Below, piece by piece: positions 17,210 to 26,312 of a stretch of 40,999 bases of DNA. The notes under the pieces were generated by a model. The model was not told where the DNA came from, ran no database searches, and worked only from the letters and a program-made list of their open reading frames with translations. Position 1 is the stretch's first letter. The number at the start of each line of letters is the position of its first letter. This DNA is from a virus. The stretch lies in UHGV virus genome UHGV-1366019, one strand, 5' to 3'. The translations under genes and the position numbers were made by a program.

Positions 17210-19291
17210 CTATAAATATCTTTCGTTAACTGAAACACTAACTTCTGGTGTTAATGCAAAATCTGAAAACACTGGTTTTATAACCGTTTCACCTACTGGT
17301 AGTACAAATTTTTCCCAGTCATTACCTAAGGTATTCAATGTTCCGTTAGGTGTTCCATTAACGTATAATGTTCTTGTTTCTGTGTCAATTGTTACTAGGT
17401 CTCCATTTTGGAATACGTTCTTCACATCTTGTAAATATGGTGTATCTTTCCAGCGCATTTTAGCATCTGTTATATCCATTAAGATGTGTAAGTTTGAACG
17501 CCATCTTTGAAACCAAGTGCCAAATTCGTAAATTTGTTGTGTGTTTGTTTCGTTTATTGTGTACTTATATTCATCTTTAATCACTACATTATCAAACTGA
17601 TTCAATGATTTAATTGAACACAAGCGCCACACTAGTTTATCACCTAAGCGTTCTAAGTTGATTTCACGCCAACCATTTGCGAATTTCTTTTTGTCAAATG
17701 TCTGTGTATGAACAACCTTACCTTGATATACAATTTCAATTAAGATATTATCACTAGTCGTTGTTGAATCACGGAATACTGCACCCATTACATACTCTCC
17801 ACTTGTGTCAACAAGGTTAAATTCCACACGTCCCATTGCTTGTGGTGAATATGAATACTTGAAGTTGAAACGTATGTTTGCTGTAAAGTTTAATGTTCTG
17901 TCATTAGTTGAACTTGGTGGTATAACTGCAACCATACTTGGTCCATGCCAGTATTGGTCATTTGCACTACCAAAAACAGGTGTGGCACTATTTGGGTCTA
18001 ATGCCATATCTATTGAGCCATCAAATATATTTGGTTTACTTATGTCACCTGCATAGTTTGGATAACTTGAAACGAAACCTTCATTGATTTTAAATTCAGA
18101 TGGTAATGTATTGCCCCAAAAATTCCACGTTTTTACAGTTTCAACTTTTGTCTTTTCAATATAATCTTTTTCTGCTGGGTATCCAAATTGTAACACATTA
18201 CCTTTTCCATCAACTAAACCACAGAACCCATTATCACTATTCATTTTAAATGTGTACGTTGGGTATGACTTGTAAGTTCCTTTATTTTGAATTGTGATAT
18301 TCTCATTATATTGGAACTCTGATGGGTAGTAAACGCCAGTTGTTTCTGGGTTTAAATACATGTAAGGTCTAGCATATGCAACGCTAAACTCACTACCAAA
18401 TGCGGAATACTGAAAATTAATTCCTTTTACATTTGGTGATTCTAACCTAACATCTAGGAAGAAGTGGGTCCATTCTGTAGTACCTTTTGGAATATCTCTA
18501 GTGTGTCTTTTTAAGATTCTAAGTGGTGCGTCTCCCCATTCTTCTACAACTATTCGTCCAGCAATGTCTGCGTCATCTGAATCAACATATCCTTTAAATG
18601 TGATACCAGCAACAACCCTGTCACCTACTTTCAAGTCAGGAATCATTCTTCTGGTGTATTGATTCATTTGAAACCACGCTTGACCTTTTGTGCTATTTTT
18701 ATCATAATCAAAAGGTATTCCACTTGTAAAGTCTGCACCAACTACCCTACTATTTAATCTTGTTTCTGGTAACACCTTCGCCCAAGGTTTCAAGTATTGG
18801 TCAATCTTAGTGAACTCACTATCATAGATTAAATTAATATTACCACTTTTTACATTTGTAAACCCAGCTGGGTTTATTGCATGTGCTAATGAATCAGGTA
18901 CATCAAATGTTAATGTTAATGGTGTATACTTAGTGTCTGTTGCGTCATACTCTTCTGTTCCTGTAAAGATAGCGCTAAAATATCTATCTGGGAATAGGTC
19001 TAAAATTAACTCTTTTGGTTCGTCAGTGTTGATGATTTTAACTAGTTCATCTTTTGTTTCTGAAACAGTCATACCACTATTGTCTGTGATAATGAAACCA
19101 TCAATACTAAGTGTGTATTCACCTAATCTAGTGTTTCTAAAGTGTTTTCCGTCTGTATTACCTACGGTGAAAAAGTCATTATCTTTTGATAAAAACGGTA
19201 TGTTCACTTTAGCAATTTGAAACAGGTGACTTGTTTCTTTACCGTCAAATGTAAAGCTTCTTAAAAAATCATAATTTTCAGCCATTCTCAT
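17210..19291 (-). CDS. distal tail protein Dit, evolved (long form with inserted carbohydrate-binding-like modules)
   Basis: N-terminus MR..FTFDGKETSHL...YTLSIDGFII resembles Sipho_tail Dit. 693 aa versus ~250-300 for a classical Dit. Lies directly after the TMP. Confidence 0.6.
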   Translation of the reverse strand: MRMAENYDFLRSFTFDGKETSHLFQIAKVNIPFLSKDNDFFTVGNTDGKHFRNTRLGEYTLSIDGFIITDNSGMTVSETKDELVKIINTDEPKELILDLFPDRYFSAIFTGTEEYDATDTKYTPLTLTFDVPDSLAHAINPAGFTNVKSGNINLIYDSEFTKIDQYLKPWAKVLPETRLNSRVVGADFTSGIPFDYDKNSTKGQAWFQMNQYTRRMIPDLKVGDRVVAGITFKGYVDSDDADIAGRIVVEEWGDAPLRILKRHTRDIPKGTTEWTHFFLDVRLESPNVKGINFQYSAFGSEFSVAYARPYMYLNPETTGVYYPSEFQYNENITIQNKGTYKSYPTYTFKMNSDNGFCGLVDGKGNVLQFGYPAEKDYIEKTKVETVKTWNFWGNTLPSEFKINEGFVSSYPNYAGDISKPNIFDGSIDMALDPNSATPVFGSANDQYWHGPSMVAVIPPSSTNDRTLNFTANIRFNFKYSYSPQAMGRVEFNLVDTSGEYVMGAVFRDSTTTSDNILIEIVYQGKVVHTQTFDKKKFANGWREINLERLGDKLVWRLCSIKSLNQFDNVVIKDEYKYTINETNTQQIYEFGTWFQRWRSNLHILMDITDAKMRWKDTPYLQDVKNVFQNGDLVTIDTETRTLYVNGTPNGTLNTLGNDWEKFVLPVGETVIKPVFSDFALTPEVSVSVNERYL

Positions 19292-19315
19292 TCTCCTTTA
19301 TAATTTACTATACTA

Positions 19316-19357
19316 GTATTATAACACAAAAGACAACCCTTGTAAAGGAGTTGTCTT
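19316..19357 (-). terminator. terminator hairpin plus TGTGTTATAAT extended -10 module (after TMP)
   Basis: - strand: aagacaac-loop-gttgtctt, then ttttgtgttataat. Nearly the same module is at 31356..31391. Confidence 0.5.
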
Positions 19358-19363
19358 AATGTT

Positions 19364-22300
19364 TTAAACAATACCTAAGTCACGTGAACGATTACGTTCT
19401 GCGGTTTTATTTAGGTTGTTAAGTTCCTTGTTAAGCTTCTTACCATCCAATAATACATCTGTATTTTTGGCTAAGATAGCTTGCAACAATTCGTTCTGTT
19501 GTTGCATTAAAGCAACCACTGTTGCTAAGTCTGTTGATGTTCCTTGCTTAGGTGCGTTGCGTTCTTCCTTAACTCCTAACGCTTGTTTAGCTTGGTTAAG
19601 CAATGCCATTGCTCTACCTCGTTTAGCTGGTTCAGTTGGAATGATAAATTCTGGATAGCCATTTTCAGCAAGTTTTGCAATCTGTGGACCTTTTGCAATA
19701 CCACCATTATAATAACCTCTAATGCGTCCACCAGATGGACCCCAACCAGATTTACCATAAGGTAAGTCTTGACGCCAGTTAGTATTGTTGAAGAATGCTA
19801 GTAATTGGTCATAACCTGAATAAATGTTGCCATGCCCTTTCACCTTGTATGCGTCAAACGTTTGTGGGATATATTGAAGCAAGCCACGTGCTGGGTTTCC
19901 GCTTGCGGTGTTGACGTCCCATACTGCTGAACTTTGAACAATCTTTTCATTACCACCTGATTCACGTTGAATCTGTGCTAAGATACCATTGATTTCACTT
20001 TCACTAGCATTTGCACCCATTTCTTTGGAAGCTTTGATGACTAATGCTCTCCAGTTACCATCTACAGGACCGCTAACACGTTCTTCCTCTTCTTTCTTTT
20101 TGAATAAGGCTTTCACCTTTTCAGCAAATGCAGTTGTTGCTTTTGTTCCTAAGCCTTTTGCCATGTCTAATGCTACGTGTGTTAGACCTCCTAAGTCCAT
20201 TGCTCCCATAATTGCATTTCGTGCTAAGTCTAACGGATTACCTACCCAGTCCATAATATCGCCAATGGTTTGTTTTACCTTGTTAATACCATTACCAACA
20301 AATGACTTGGTATTGTCCCACATGTTGCGAACGCCGTCCATGAAACCAGTTCCTTTTTTATAGAATGGAATGCGCCCTTTTTGTCCTAATACCATTGATG
20401 TTTCTTTGGCATTTAATACTTGTGTTCCCGCTGGTGCATTCATCATAACGTTTCTACCTTTTGGAATCATTGCTTGACCATTTGGTGCGATTATCATTTC
20501 AGCACCACCACCGTCATTTACTACCATAGGTCCGCCTATGTGTCCGTCAGTACCGTTTGCATACTGTGGTACGTCCCATTTAGGAATTTGAGGTGCGCCA
20601 AACTTTTCTAACACCCAGTTAGCACCGCCAATGATACCATTTACTGGACCACCAATTGCACTCAATACCTTATTGAAAATACCTTTAAATGCACCAGTAA
20701 CATGACCAGCGCCCCTACTGATTGCACTGCCTAAACGTTCTGGCAAACTAGTAAACCAACGTACAATAGTGTCAATACCACCACTAAATGTGTTTTTGAT
20801 TCCCTTCCAAAGAGATGAAATAGTTCCTGAAACATTACTTCTAAGGTCACGTGCAATGCGTGTTACATTACTGAACCAACCTGAAACAGCACCATTTACA
20901 TTTGATATACCACCTTTAAAGAAGTTTTTAACAGCTTCCCACATTCCAGAAATTGAACCTTTGAATGTTGCGCCAAAACCTTTTACACCTTTTAATATTT
21001 TACCAAAGAATGAAAGATTTATCCAGTTCCAAATTACTTGAATAGCACCCCAAACTAATTGCTTGATACCGTCCCAAATCTGTTTCCAGTCACCATTGAA
21101 AATACCTTTAAAGATTTTTGTTGCCCCTTCAATTACATCAAAGAAACCTTCAATCAAACCAACTACTGAATCAACAAACATCATTACAATATCAATTGCA
21201 ATTTTAAAAATTGGTGTTAATAATTCTAACCACTTTTTAAGTGCATTCATTATTGCTTGTCCGTTCTCGTTCCACCACTTAGTCACCTTATCAAAAACAG
21301 CACCTAACCTGTCCCCAAGTTCTTGAAGCTTAGGCATGATGTAAGGTATTAAGTCATCTGCAATGTACTTAATCACAACACCCATAATGTCGCCCGCAAC
21401 CTTGAAAGATGTACCAAGATATTGCGTTAACTTTTCAAGAATTGGTTGTGCAAACTCCCACATTTTTTGCAACGCTGGTTGTACCATTGGTAGAATTTTC
21501 TTGGTGAAGTTTGTGATACCGTCTGCCATTCCACCAAACATTGGGTTCAATGAGATACCAATTTCATTTCCTAATGCTTTTAATGCTGATTTAAAGGCGT
21601 CCATTCCAGTTGTGTTACTCATTGCGTTGTTCATTGCGTCTTGTGCGCCTTCTACATTATCATATGCCATTGATGTGTTGTTTAATGACTTGATAACATT
21701 TAAGCTGTTATCTTCACCTAATGCGGACCAGATTGTCCCAGCTTTGTTTAGTGCTTCATATTGGTTTTCCATACCGCCAAAGTCGCTAATCATTGAACGG
21801 ATAACGTCCGCTTGTGTTGCTCCGCCTTGTTGCCATTGTCTAAACAACTCTTGTGTTTGACCGCTGAACATACCTATGTTGTCCTCAAAACGACCATCTG
21901 TTAATGAAATAGCCATTTCTTTGATTAAGTCATTGACTTTGTCTAAGTTGTATGCTCCACCATCTAAACCACTTTGTAACATGTCAAATGTTTGTTCTGC
22001 TGTGAAACCAGCTTGACCAAAAATCTGTGAGTATTCAGCCATGTTGTCGCCTAGTTCGTCTGTTTGGTCAAGTCCCATTTGTGCGCCACGTGCCATCAAG
22101 TCCCAAGCTTTGTCTGCGTCAATACCAAAGTTGGTCATCATTTTACCAATACCACGAATAGTTTCGTTTACGTCTGCACCTGTATTTTTAGAAAATGCAA
22201 TTGCATTACGTGTCATTCGTTGTAGCATGTCATCGTCCATGCCTTCCGCACCCATTACATTTTGAACACGTATCATTGCGTCTGCTACTTCGTTGATGTC

Positions 22301-23251
22301 GTCTGAATAACCTTCCGCAACTAATTGGTTAGCTAGCCTTGAAACGGCTTGGGCGCTCTCTGCGTCCCAATCAAACGCACCTTTGAATTTATCAACGGCT
22401 TCAATACCAGCATTAATATTTTCAACAACTTCTGAAACAGCGTCACTAATCATATCAATTGCTTTAGTAGCTACCGCCATACCAACACCAGCAACCAAAC
22501 CTTGTAGTCCTTTACTTGCTAGTCCTAAACCTTCACTAGTTTCACCACTTGACTTACCTAGTTCTTGCATTCCTTTAGATACTGAATCTAGTTCACTATC
22601 TGTGTTGTTTAATTGCTTTTTAAAGCCTTGTAACTCTTGTTCAGCCTTGCTAACTTCTGTTGAATTTTTACCAAACTTTTGCGTTAACTGTTTGATTGCG
22701 TTTTCTTGACCAGCAATTGCTTGTTTAGTTAGGTCTGATTGACGTTTTAAACCAGCTTGTTTTGTTTCCAAAGCACCCATTTTGTCGCCAGCTTTATCCA
22801 TTGCATTGGCTTGTGTTTGGAAGTCTTTTGCGTTATCTTTAATTTCTTGACCTAGTTTGTCTAAACCATTCTCAAACTTGATAACGTCAGCTGTTGTTTT
22901 TTGCAAATCTTTTTGCATTCCGTTGTATTTGGCACTAGCATTGTTTAACTGTGTTGTTAGTGTTTTAACTTGGTTTGATTCTTCACCATATTTTGCAATA
23001 GCGTCTTGACGTTTCTTACTTAGTAATTCAACTTTCTTACCTTGTAAGTCCGTAGCTGTTGCTAAGTCTTTTTCTTTTTGTTGCAATTTCTCAATACTTT
23101 GTCCTGATTTATCAAACACTGATAAATTGGCTTTCATTGCTGATTCTTGCTGTTTAATTGACTTGTTTAATTTGTCTAATGTATTAATTGTCTGGTCTAC
23201 ACCGTCAACACCAATACCAAACTTCATATTGCCAATAACTTTGTCTGCCAT
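19364..23251 (-). CDS. tail tape measure protein with C-terminal lytic transglycosylase (SLT) domain
   Basis: 1295 aa. TP901-type TMP core region with G/W-rich repeats. ESGGNE...GLLQYIPQTF is an SLT catalytic-Glu motif near the C-terminus. Confidence 0.85.
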   Translation of the reverse strand: MADKVIGNMKFGIGVDGVDQTINTLDKLNKSIKQQESAMKANLSVFDKSGQSIEKLQQKEKDLATATDLQGKKVELLSKKRQDAIAKYGEESNQVKTLTTQLNNASAKYNGMQKDLQKTTADVIKFENGLDKLGQEIKDNAKDFQTQANAMDKAGDKMGALETKQAGLKRQSDLTKQAIAGQENAIKQLTQKFGKNSTEVSKAEQELQGFKKQLNNTDSELDSVSKGMQELGKSSGETSEGLGLASKGLQGLVAGVGMAVATKAIDMISDAVSEVVENINAGIEAVDKFKGAFDWDAESAQAVSRLANQLVAEGYSDDINEVADAMIRVQNVMGAEGMDDDMLQRMTRNAIAFSKNTGADVNETIRGIGKMMTNFGIDADKAWDLMARGAQMGLDQTDELGDNMAEYSQIFGQAGFTAEQTFDMLQSGLDGGAYNLDKVNDLIKEMAISLTDGRFEDNIGMFSGQTQELFRQWQQGGATQADVIRSMISDFGGMENQYEALNKAGTIWSALGEDNSLNVIKSLNNTSMAYDNVEGAQDAMNNAMSNTTGMDAFKSALKALGNEIGISLNPMFGGMADGITNFTKKILPMVQPALQKMWEFAQPILEKLTQYLGTSFKVAGDIMGVVIKYIADDLIPYIMPKLQELGDRLGAVFDKVTKWWNENGQAIMNALKKWLELLTPIFKIAIDIVMMFVDSVVGLIEGFFDVIEGATKIFKGIFNGDWKQIWDGIKQLVWGAIQVIWNWINLSFFGKILKGVKGFGATFKGSISGMWEAVKNFFKGGISNVNGAVSGWFSNVTRIARDLRSNVSGTISSLWKGIKNTFSGGIDTIVRWFTSLPERLGSAISRGAGHVTGAFKGIFNKVLSAIGGPVNGIIGGANWVLEKFGAPQIPKWDVPQYANGTDGHIGGPMVVNDGGGAEMIIAPNGQAMIPKGRNVMMNAPAGTQVLNAKETSMVLGQKGRIPFYKKGTGFMDGVRNMWDNTKSFVGNGINKVKQTIGDIMDWVGNPLDLARNAIMGAMDLGGLTHVALDMAKGLGTKATTAFAEKVKALFKKKEEEERVSGPVDGNWRALVIKASKEMGANASESEINGILAQIQRESGGNEKIVQSSAVWDVNTASGNPARGLLQYIPQTFDAYKVKGHGNIYSGYDQLLAFFNNTNWRQDLPYGKSGWGPSGGRIRGYYNGGIAKGPQIAKLAENGYPEFIIPTEPAKRGRAMALLNQAKQALGVKEERNAPKQGTSTDLATVVALMQQQNELLQAILAKNTDVLLDGKKLNKELNNLNKTAERNRSRDLGIV

Positions 23252-23822
23252 TATTCAATCTCTCCTTTTGCTTTTGCTAGGTCTGTTGGTGATAGGACAG
23301 TGCCAAAAAATGCTAATGGGTCTTGTTTCTCTTCTTTTTTATCTTTAGTATTATCACTGAATAATTCCAATAAAAGAAGGTAGTCAGCTTCGCTAACATC
23401 ATTAACGGTCCAACCACCTTCCATGTATGAATTATATAATTTGTTTAGTGATTCCAAAGATTCGTCCCAGTTAACTTCTGCACCGTCCTCTAGGCTTCCT
23501 TTGAATCATCAACCCCCATGATAGTTCCTAAGATGTTTTCTAAAACGTCTACTAAGTCATCAGATTCAATTGAGTTTTCAATTGCTTCAAATGTAACTTC
23601 TGGGTGTTCGAAAATTTCAACTAATAAGACAATCATTGAATCTAATAATTCTAATTGGTCAACTTCTACACCATTAGCCATGTCTTTTTGTACGTTTTCC
23701 ATATCACGGTAATACTTCATAATACTACGCATTGTCTTAACTTTGACACCTTTTTTTGTAATTTTGCGGTTTTTTCCGTCAATAATTAAGTTAATACTGA
23801 ATGATTTTGTTTGTTTTGCCAT
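23251..23822 (-). CDS. tail assembly chaperone G-T fusion via a predicted -1 programmed frameshift
   Basis: The -1 frame is open from 6 nt before the G stop, through the 68-aa track ORF (23251..23457), to the TMP start codon. The only slip window is GAT TCA AAG GAA GCC (A-AAG). Confidence 0.4.
23490..23822 (-). CDS. tail assembly chaperone (gpG-like)
   Basis: 110 aa acidic protein between the major tail protein and the TMP. Confidence 0.6.
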   Translation of the reverse strand: MAKQTKSFSINLIIDGKNRKITKKGVKVKTMRSIMKYYRDMENVQKDMANGVEVDQLELLDSMIVLLVEIFEHPEVTFEAIENSIESDDLVDVLENILGTIMGVDDSKEA

Positions 23823-23857
23823 GTTTATTCCTCCAAATAATTTTATTTACTATAGTT

Positions 23858-23866
23858 ATTATAGCA
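23858..23866 (-). promoter_or_regulatory. extended -10 element TGCTATAAT (one of three copies on the - strand)
   Basis: The + strand 10-mer tattatagca occurs at 23857, 32091 and 33257, each upstream of - strand genes. Confidence 0.4.
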
Positions 23867-23904
23867 TTAAAAGCAATGATTGTGGGTGTTGGTGAAACCA
23901 GTGT

Positions 23905-23932
23905 AATAAAAAAGAGAGCCGTTAAGCTCTCT
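23905..23932 (-). terminator. rho-independent terminator after the major tail protein gene
   Basis: - strand agagagc-ttaacg-gctctct followed by tttttatt. Confidence 0.6.
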
Positions 23933-23934
23933 TA

Positions 23935-24003
23935 GGTTAATTCAATTGATACACTTGTGTCAGCTGGCGTCACCTGTCCTACCACAGGTGGCGTGCTAGG
24001 GTG
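23935..24003 (-). other. conserved ~70-nt block after the major tail protein stop (CCC-UAG context), paralogous to 26313..26382
   Basis: See the findings. The +1 frame is open for 21 codons and ends in TAA at 23932-23934. Confidence 0.5.
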
Positions 24004-24559
24004 TAATAATGTTGTTTACTTTGTCAACAAACTTGTCAAGTGTTAATGTTTCACTTGAAACAGCACTCATGTATGCGAACCCGCGTGAATCTGTTACAAA
24101 TGAACCTTCAATTGTTTCTGTGTTTGGTTCTGTACCACCAGATTCAGTTGTATTCAATGCGATTTCTGGGTGGCTGAAACGTCCTTTAACTAAACCAAAG
24201 TACATTTCTTTACCGTCTGCACCGTCTGCAACAAATACCGCTGAAACGTAAGGTGCTTCTGTGTTTTCGCCAACAATTGCAATACCATCTTCACCGCGTT
24301 CAATGCCTAAAATTTTCTCATAAACGTTGTCTTTATACAAGTCAAATACGTTTAATGAAGCTGTTAACTCTCCAACCCCTTTTGCTGATACCCAAATTGG
24401 AACGTTTGACGCATAAACGGTTGTTTGTTCTGCTGAAATTCCTTGAATTGACGCTTCAATAGTACCGCCACCGCTTTTATCAATTGTGTATTTATCAACG
24501 CCAGCACCTTCTGCTTTAGGTACGCTGATAATAGCTTTTTTAAAACCTACTACTGCCAT
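23996..24559 (-). CDS. major tail protein
   Basis: 187 aa, phi13/TP901-like MTP family. Its position is canonical. Confidence 0.8.
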   Translation of the reverse strand: MAVVGFKKAIISVPKAEGAGVDKYTIDKSGGGTIEASIQGISAEQTTVYASNVPIWVSAKGVGELTASLNVFDLYKDNVYEKILGIERGEDGIAIVGENTEAPYVSAVFVADGADGKEMYFGLVKGRFSHPEIALNTTESGGTEPNTETIEGSFVTDSRGFAYMSAVSSETLTLDKFVDKVNNIITP

Positions 24560-24637
24560 AATTGTTTCTCTCCTTTAGTGTTTATATTTTCTTACTAGAA
24601 TAATTATATCATTAATCAACTGGTTTTAGGGCGTCAC

Positions 24638-25003
24638 TTAGACAACTCTTTGTGTGATTACGTAACGCTTCACAATGCGACTAGCACCTTCTAAGTCTGG
24701 TTCGTATGTCTGTGTACTAAATGAACATTGTACGTTATCAGCACGCATTGTCTTATCAATTGCTAGATAGTATTTATCCAACATTGTCAAATCTTCAACC
24801 CACAAATCAACTTGGATATAGGTTGTGTAATAATTTGGGTCTGCACTTGCGTATGCGTGATAGTCCATGTCTAACTCTGTGATTCTACCTACTGGCAACT
24901 TAGGAAGTGATACAAATTCATTTGGTACCTCGTTAGTAAACCAGTTGACTTCTGGGTGTGCTTCATTAAGTATCTGCGCCACTTGTAAAATAGGTAATGT
25001 CAT
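24638..25003 (-). CDS. tail completion / tail terminator-like protein (by synteny)
   Basis: 121 aa between the gp10-like protein and the MTP. Confidence 0.45.
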   Translation of the reverse strand: MTLPILQVAQILNEAHPEVNWFTNEVPNEFVSLPKLPVGRITELDMDYHAYASADPNYYTTYIQVDLWVEDLTMLDKYYLAIDKTMRADNVQCSFSTQTYEPDLEGASRIVKRYVITQRVV

Positions 25004-25407
25004 TTTAGAAACGCCTCCTCCATTGCTTTTATAATTACCTTTTCAATTTCGTCTTGAACCTCTTTAATAGTCTTTTCAATGAAATGTTGTGGTCTTTGTG
25101 TCATTGTTCCCAATTCTGTAAAGTGAACCCTCCACGAAACTTGGTCATTATACCCAATCAACACTTCGTGTTTACCTTTACTTGCTTTTGTCATTGCTGT
25201 ATTTTTCTGCATATGTTCACGCTTGTACATCTGGTCTTTTCTACTGTACTTTTTACCGTTCCAATATGGTGTGCGTTTAGCAAGCTCTTGCTCTCCTATT
25301 TCACCAGCTTTGTTCAGTGCTTTTGCTGTGATACTATCTGCATTTTTACCAATCTTTATAAGTGCGTTGTATGCGTCTGAAAAGTCAGCATAATTCTGCT
25401 TACTCAT
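25000..25407 (-). CDS. HK97 gp10-like protein
   Basis: C-terminus ...VSWRVHFTELGT matches the HK97 gp10 family (yv.EfGT). Confidence 0.6.
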   Translation of the reverse strand: MSKQNYADFSDAYNALIKIGKNADSITAKALNKAGEIGEQELAKRTPYWNGKKYSRKDQMYKREHMQKNTAMTKASKGKHEVLIGYNDQVSWRVHFTELGTMTQRPQHFIEKTIKEVQDEIEKVIIKAMEEAFLK

Positions 25408-25736
25408 TTCTTAACCCTCTTACATACTAATGTTGTAAAGTCACGGTCATAGCTACCTTCCAATATTGATACTATTTCATAGTTAATACCTTTATATACA
25501 ACACGCATATCATTTTGTAATTGGAAACGCTGTTCATAACGCACAACAAAGTTAGTTGTATCCTCTAATGCAGTACCATATGTTTCTTTAAAATCTCTGA
25601 AATACTGCTGTTTTACGCTACACCATATAGTTGCTTTGTCAACCCACGTTGTTACCCATTCAAACTTATCGTTTTTAGCTGTGGTTTTCTCTTGAATAGT
25701 GATTTTTTGATTAAGATGTTGTGTTGGTATCGCCAT
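25404..25736 (-). CDS. head closure / head-tail joining protein (SPP1 gp16-like)
   Basis: 110 aa. Pattern and position match Phage_H_T_join. Confidence 0.65.
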   Translation of the reverse strand: MAIPTQHLNQKITIQEKTTAKNDKFEWVTTWVDKATIWCSVKQQYFRDFKETYGTALEDTTNFVVRYEQRFQLQNDMRVVYKGINYEIVSILEGSYDRDFTTLVCKRVKK

Positions 25737-26010
25737 CAGATAACCCCCTTAATTGCCAAATAAATGCCTGAATAGTGAACGGTACATCTTGTTGAAGTGC
25801 GCTGGTTGCTGGAACACGGTTTTCATACCAAAGAGAAACCAGCATGAACTGACAAGTCTTAAAACGTACATCTTCTGGAACTGTGTTAACCTCAATAGCT
25901 CCTAAGATAAACATTGAACTTGTGTCAATTAATGTCTGGATATAAACGTCGTCTGAATCATAGTCTAATCTTAGGTTGTTCTTAACTTCTTCTAATGTTA
26001 ACATTATCAT
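25711..26010 (-). CDS. head-tail connector protein (gp6/gp15-like)
   Basis: N-terminus MLTLEEVKNNLRLDYDSDDVYIQTLI is typical of Phage_gp6/connector. Confidence 0.65.
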   Translation of the reverse strand: MIMLTLEEVKNNLRLDYDSDDVYIQTLIDTSSMFILGAIEVNTVPEDVRFKTCQFMLVSLWYENRVPATSALQQDVPFTIQAFIWQLRGLSDGDTNTTS

Positions 26011-26021
26011 ACCTCCTTAGT

Positions 26022-26048
26022 TAAAAAGAGGGCTAAGCCCTCTTTTAT
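26022..26048 (-). terminator. bidirectional hairpin terminator between the small Ig-like ORF and the connector gene
   Basis: agagggc-taa-gccctct with an A-run upstream and a T-run downstream. Confidence 0.55.
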
Positions 26049-26248
26049 TATCCAGCTGTTGCAGTTGTAGTGAATGCTGGTACATCTACTTTGCTAGATT
26101 CTGGCTTACCATCTTCAATAGCTGTTACTTGAAAATCACCTTTTGCGTATTGTGTTTCTGCTGTTAAACCAGTGATTGTTACTGGTGACGGTTTTTCAGT
26201 CACAATCTTTTCACCTGTTTTCTTGTATACGTTAAATACTTTAGCCAT
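26048..26248 (-). CDS. small Ig/FN3-like protein (possible capsid decoration)
   Basis: 66 aa. TITGLTAETQY...VTAIEDG is a beta-sandwich-like pattern. Own RBS aaggagag; flanked by terminators. Confidence 0.5.
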   Translation of the reverse strand: MAKVFNVYKKTGEKIVTEKPSPVTITGLTAETQYAKGDFQVTAIEDGKPESSKVDVPAFTTTATAG

Positions 26249-26270
26249 AATTTACACTCTCCTTTTATAT

Positions 26271-26304
26271 TTTAAAAAGAGGTAAGGCGTATGCCCCACC
26301 TCTT
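26271..26304 (-). terminator. rho-independent terminator after the major capsid gene
   Basis: - strand aagaggt-(ggc..gcc inner stem)-acctctt followed by tttttaaa. Confidence 0.55.
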
Positions 26305-26312
26305 AGTATTTA

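Noticed and set aside
26048-26248. Possibility that the Ig-like ORF is a frameshift extension of the capsid protein.
   Set aside because: The ORF is in a different register and is separated by in-frame stops and a terminator. It has its own strong RBS immediately after a TAA, so it is an independent gene.
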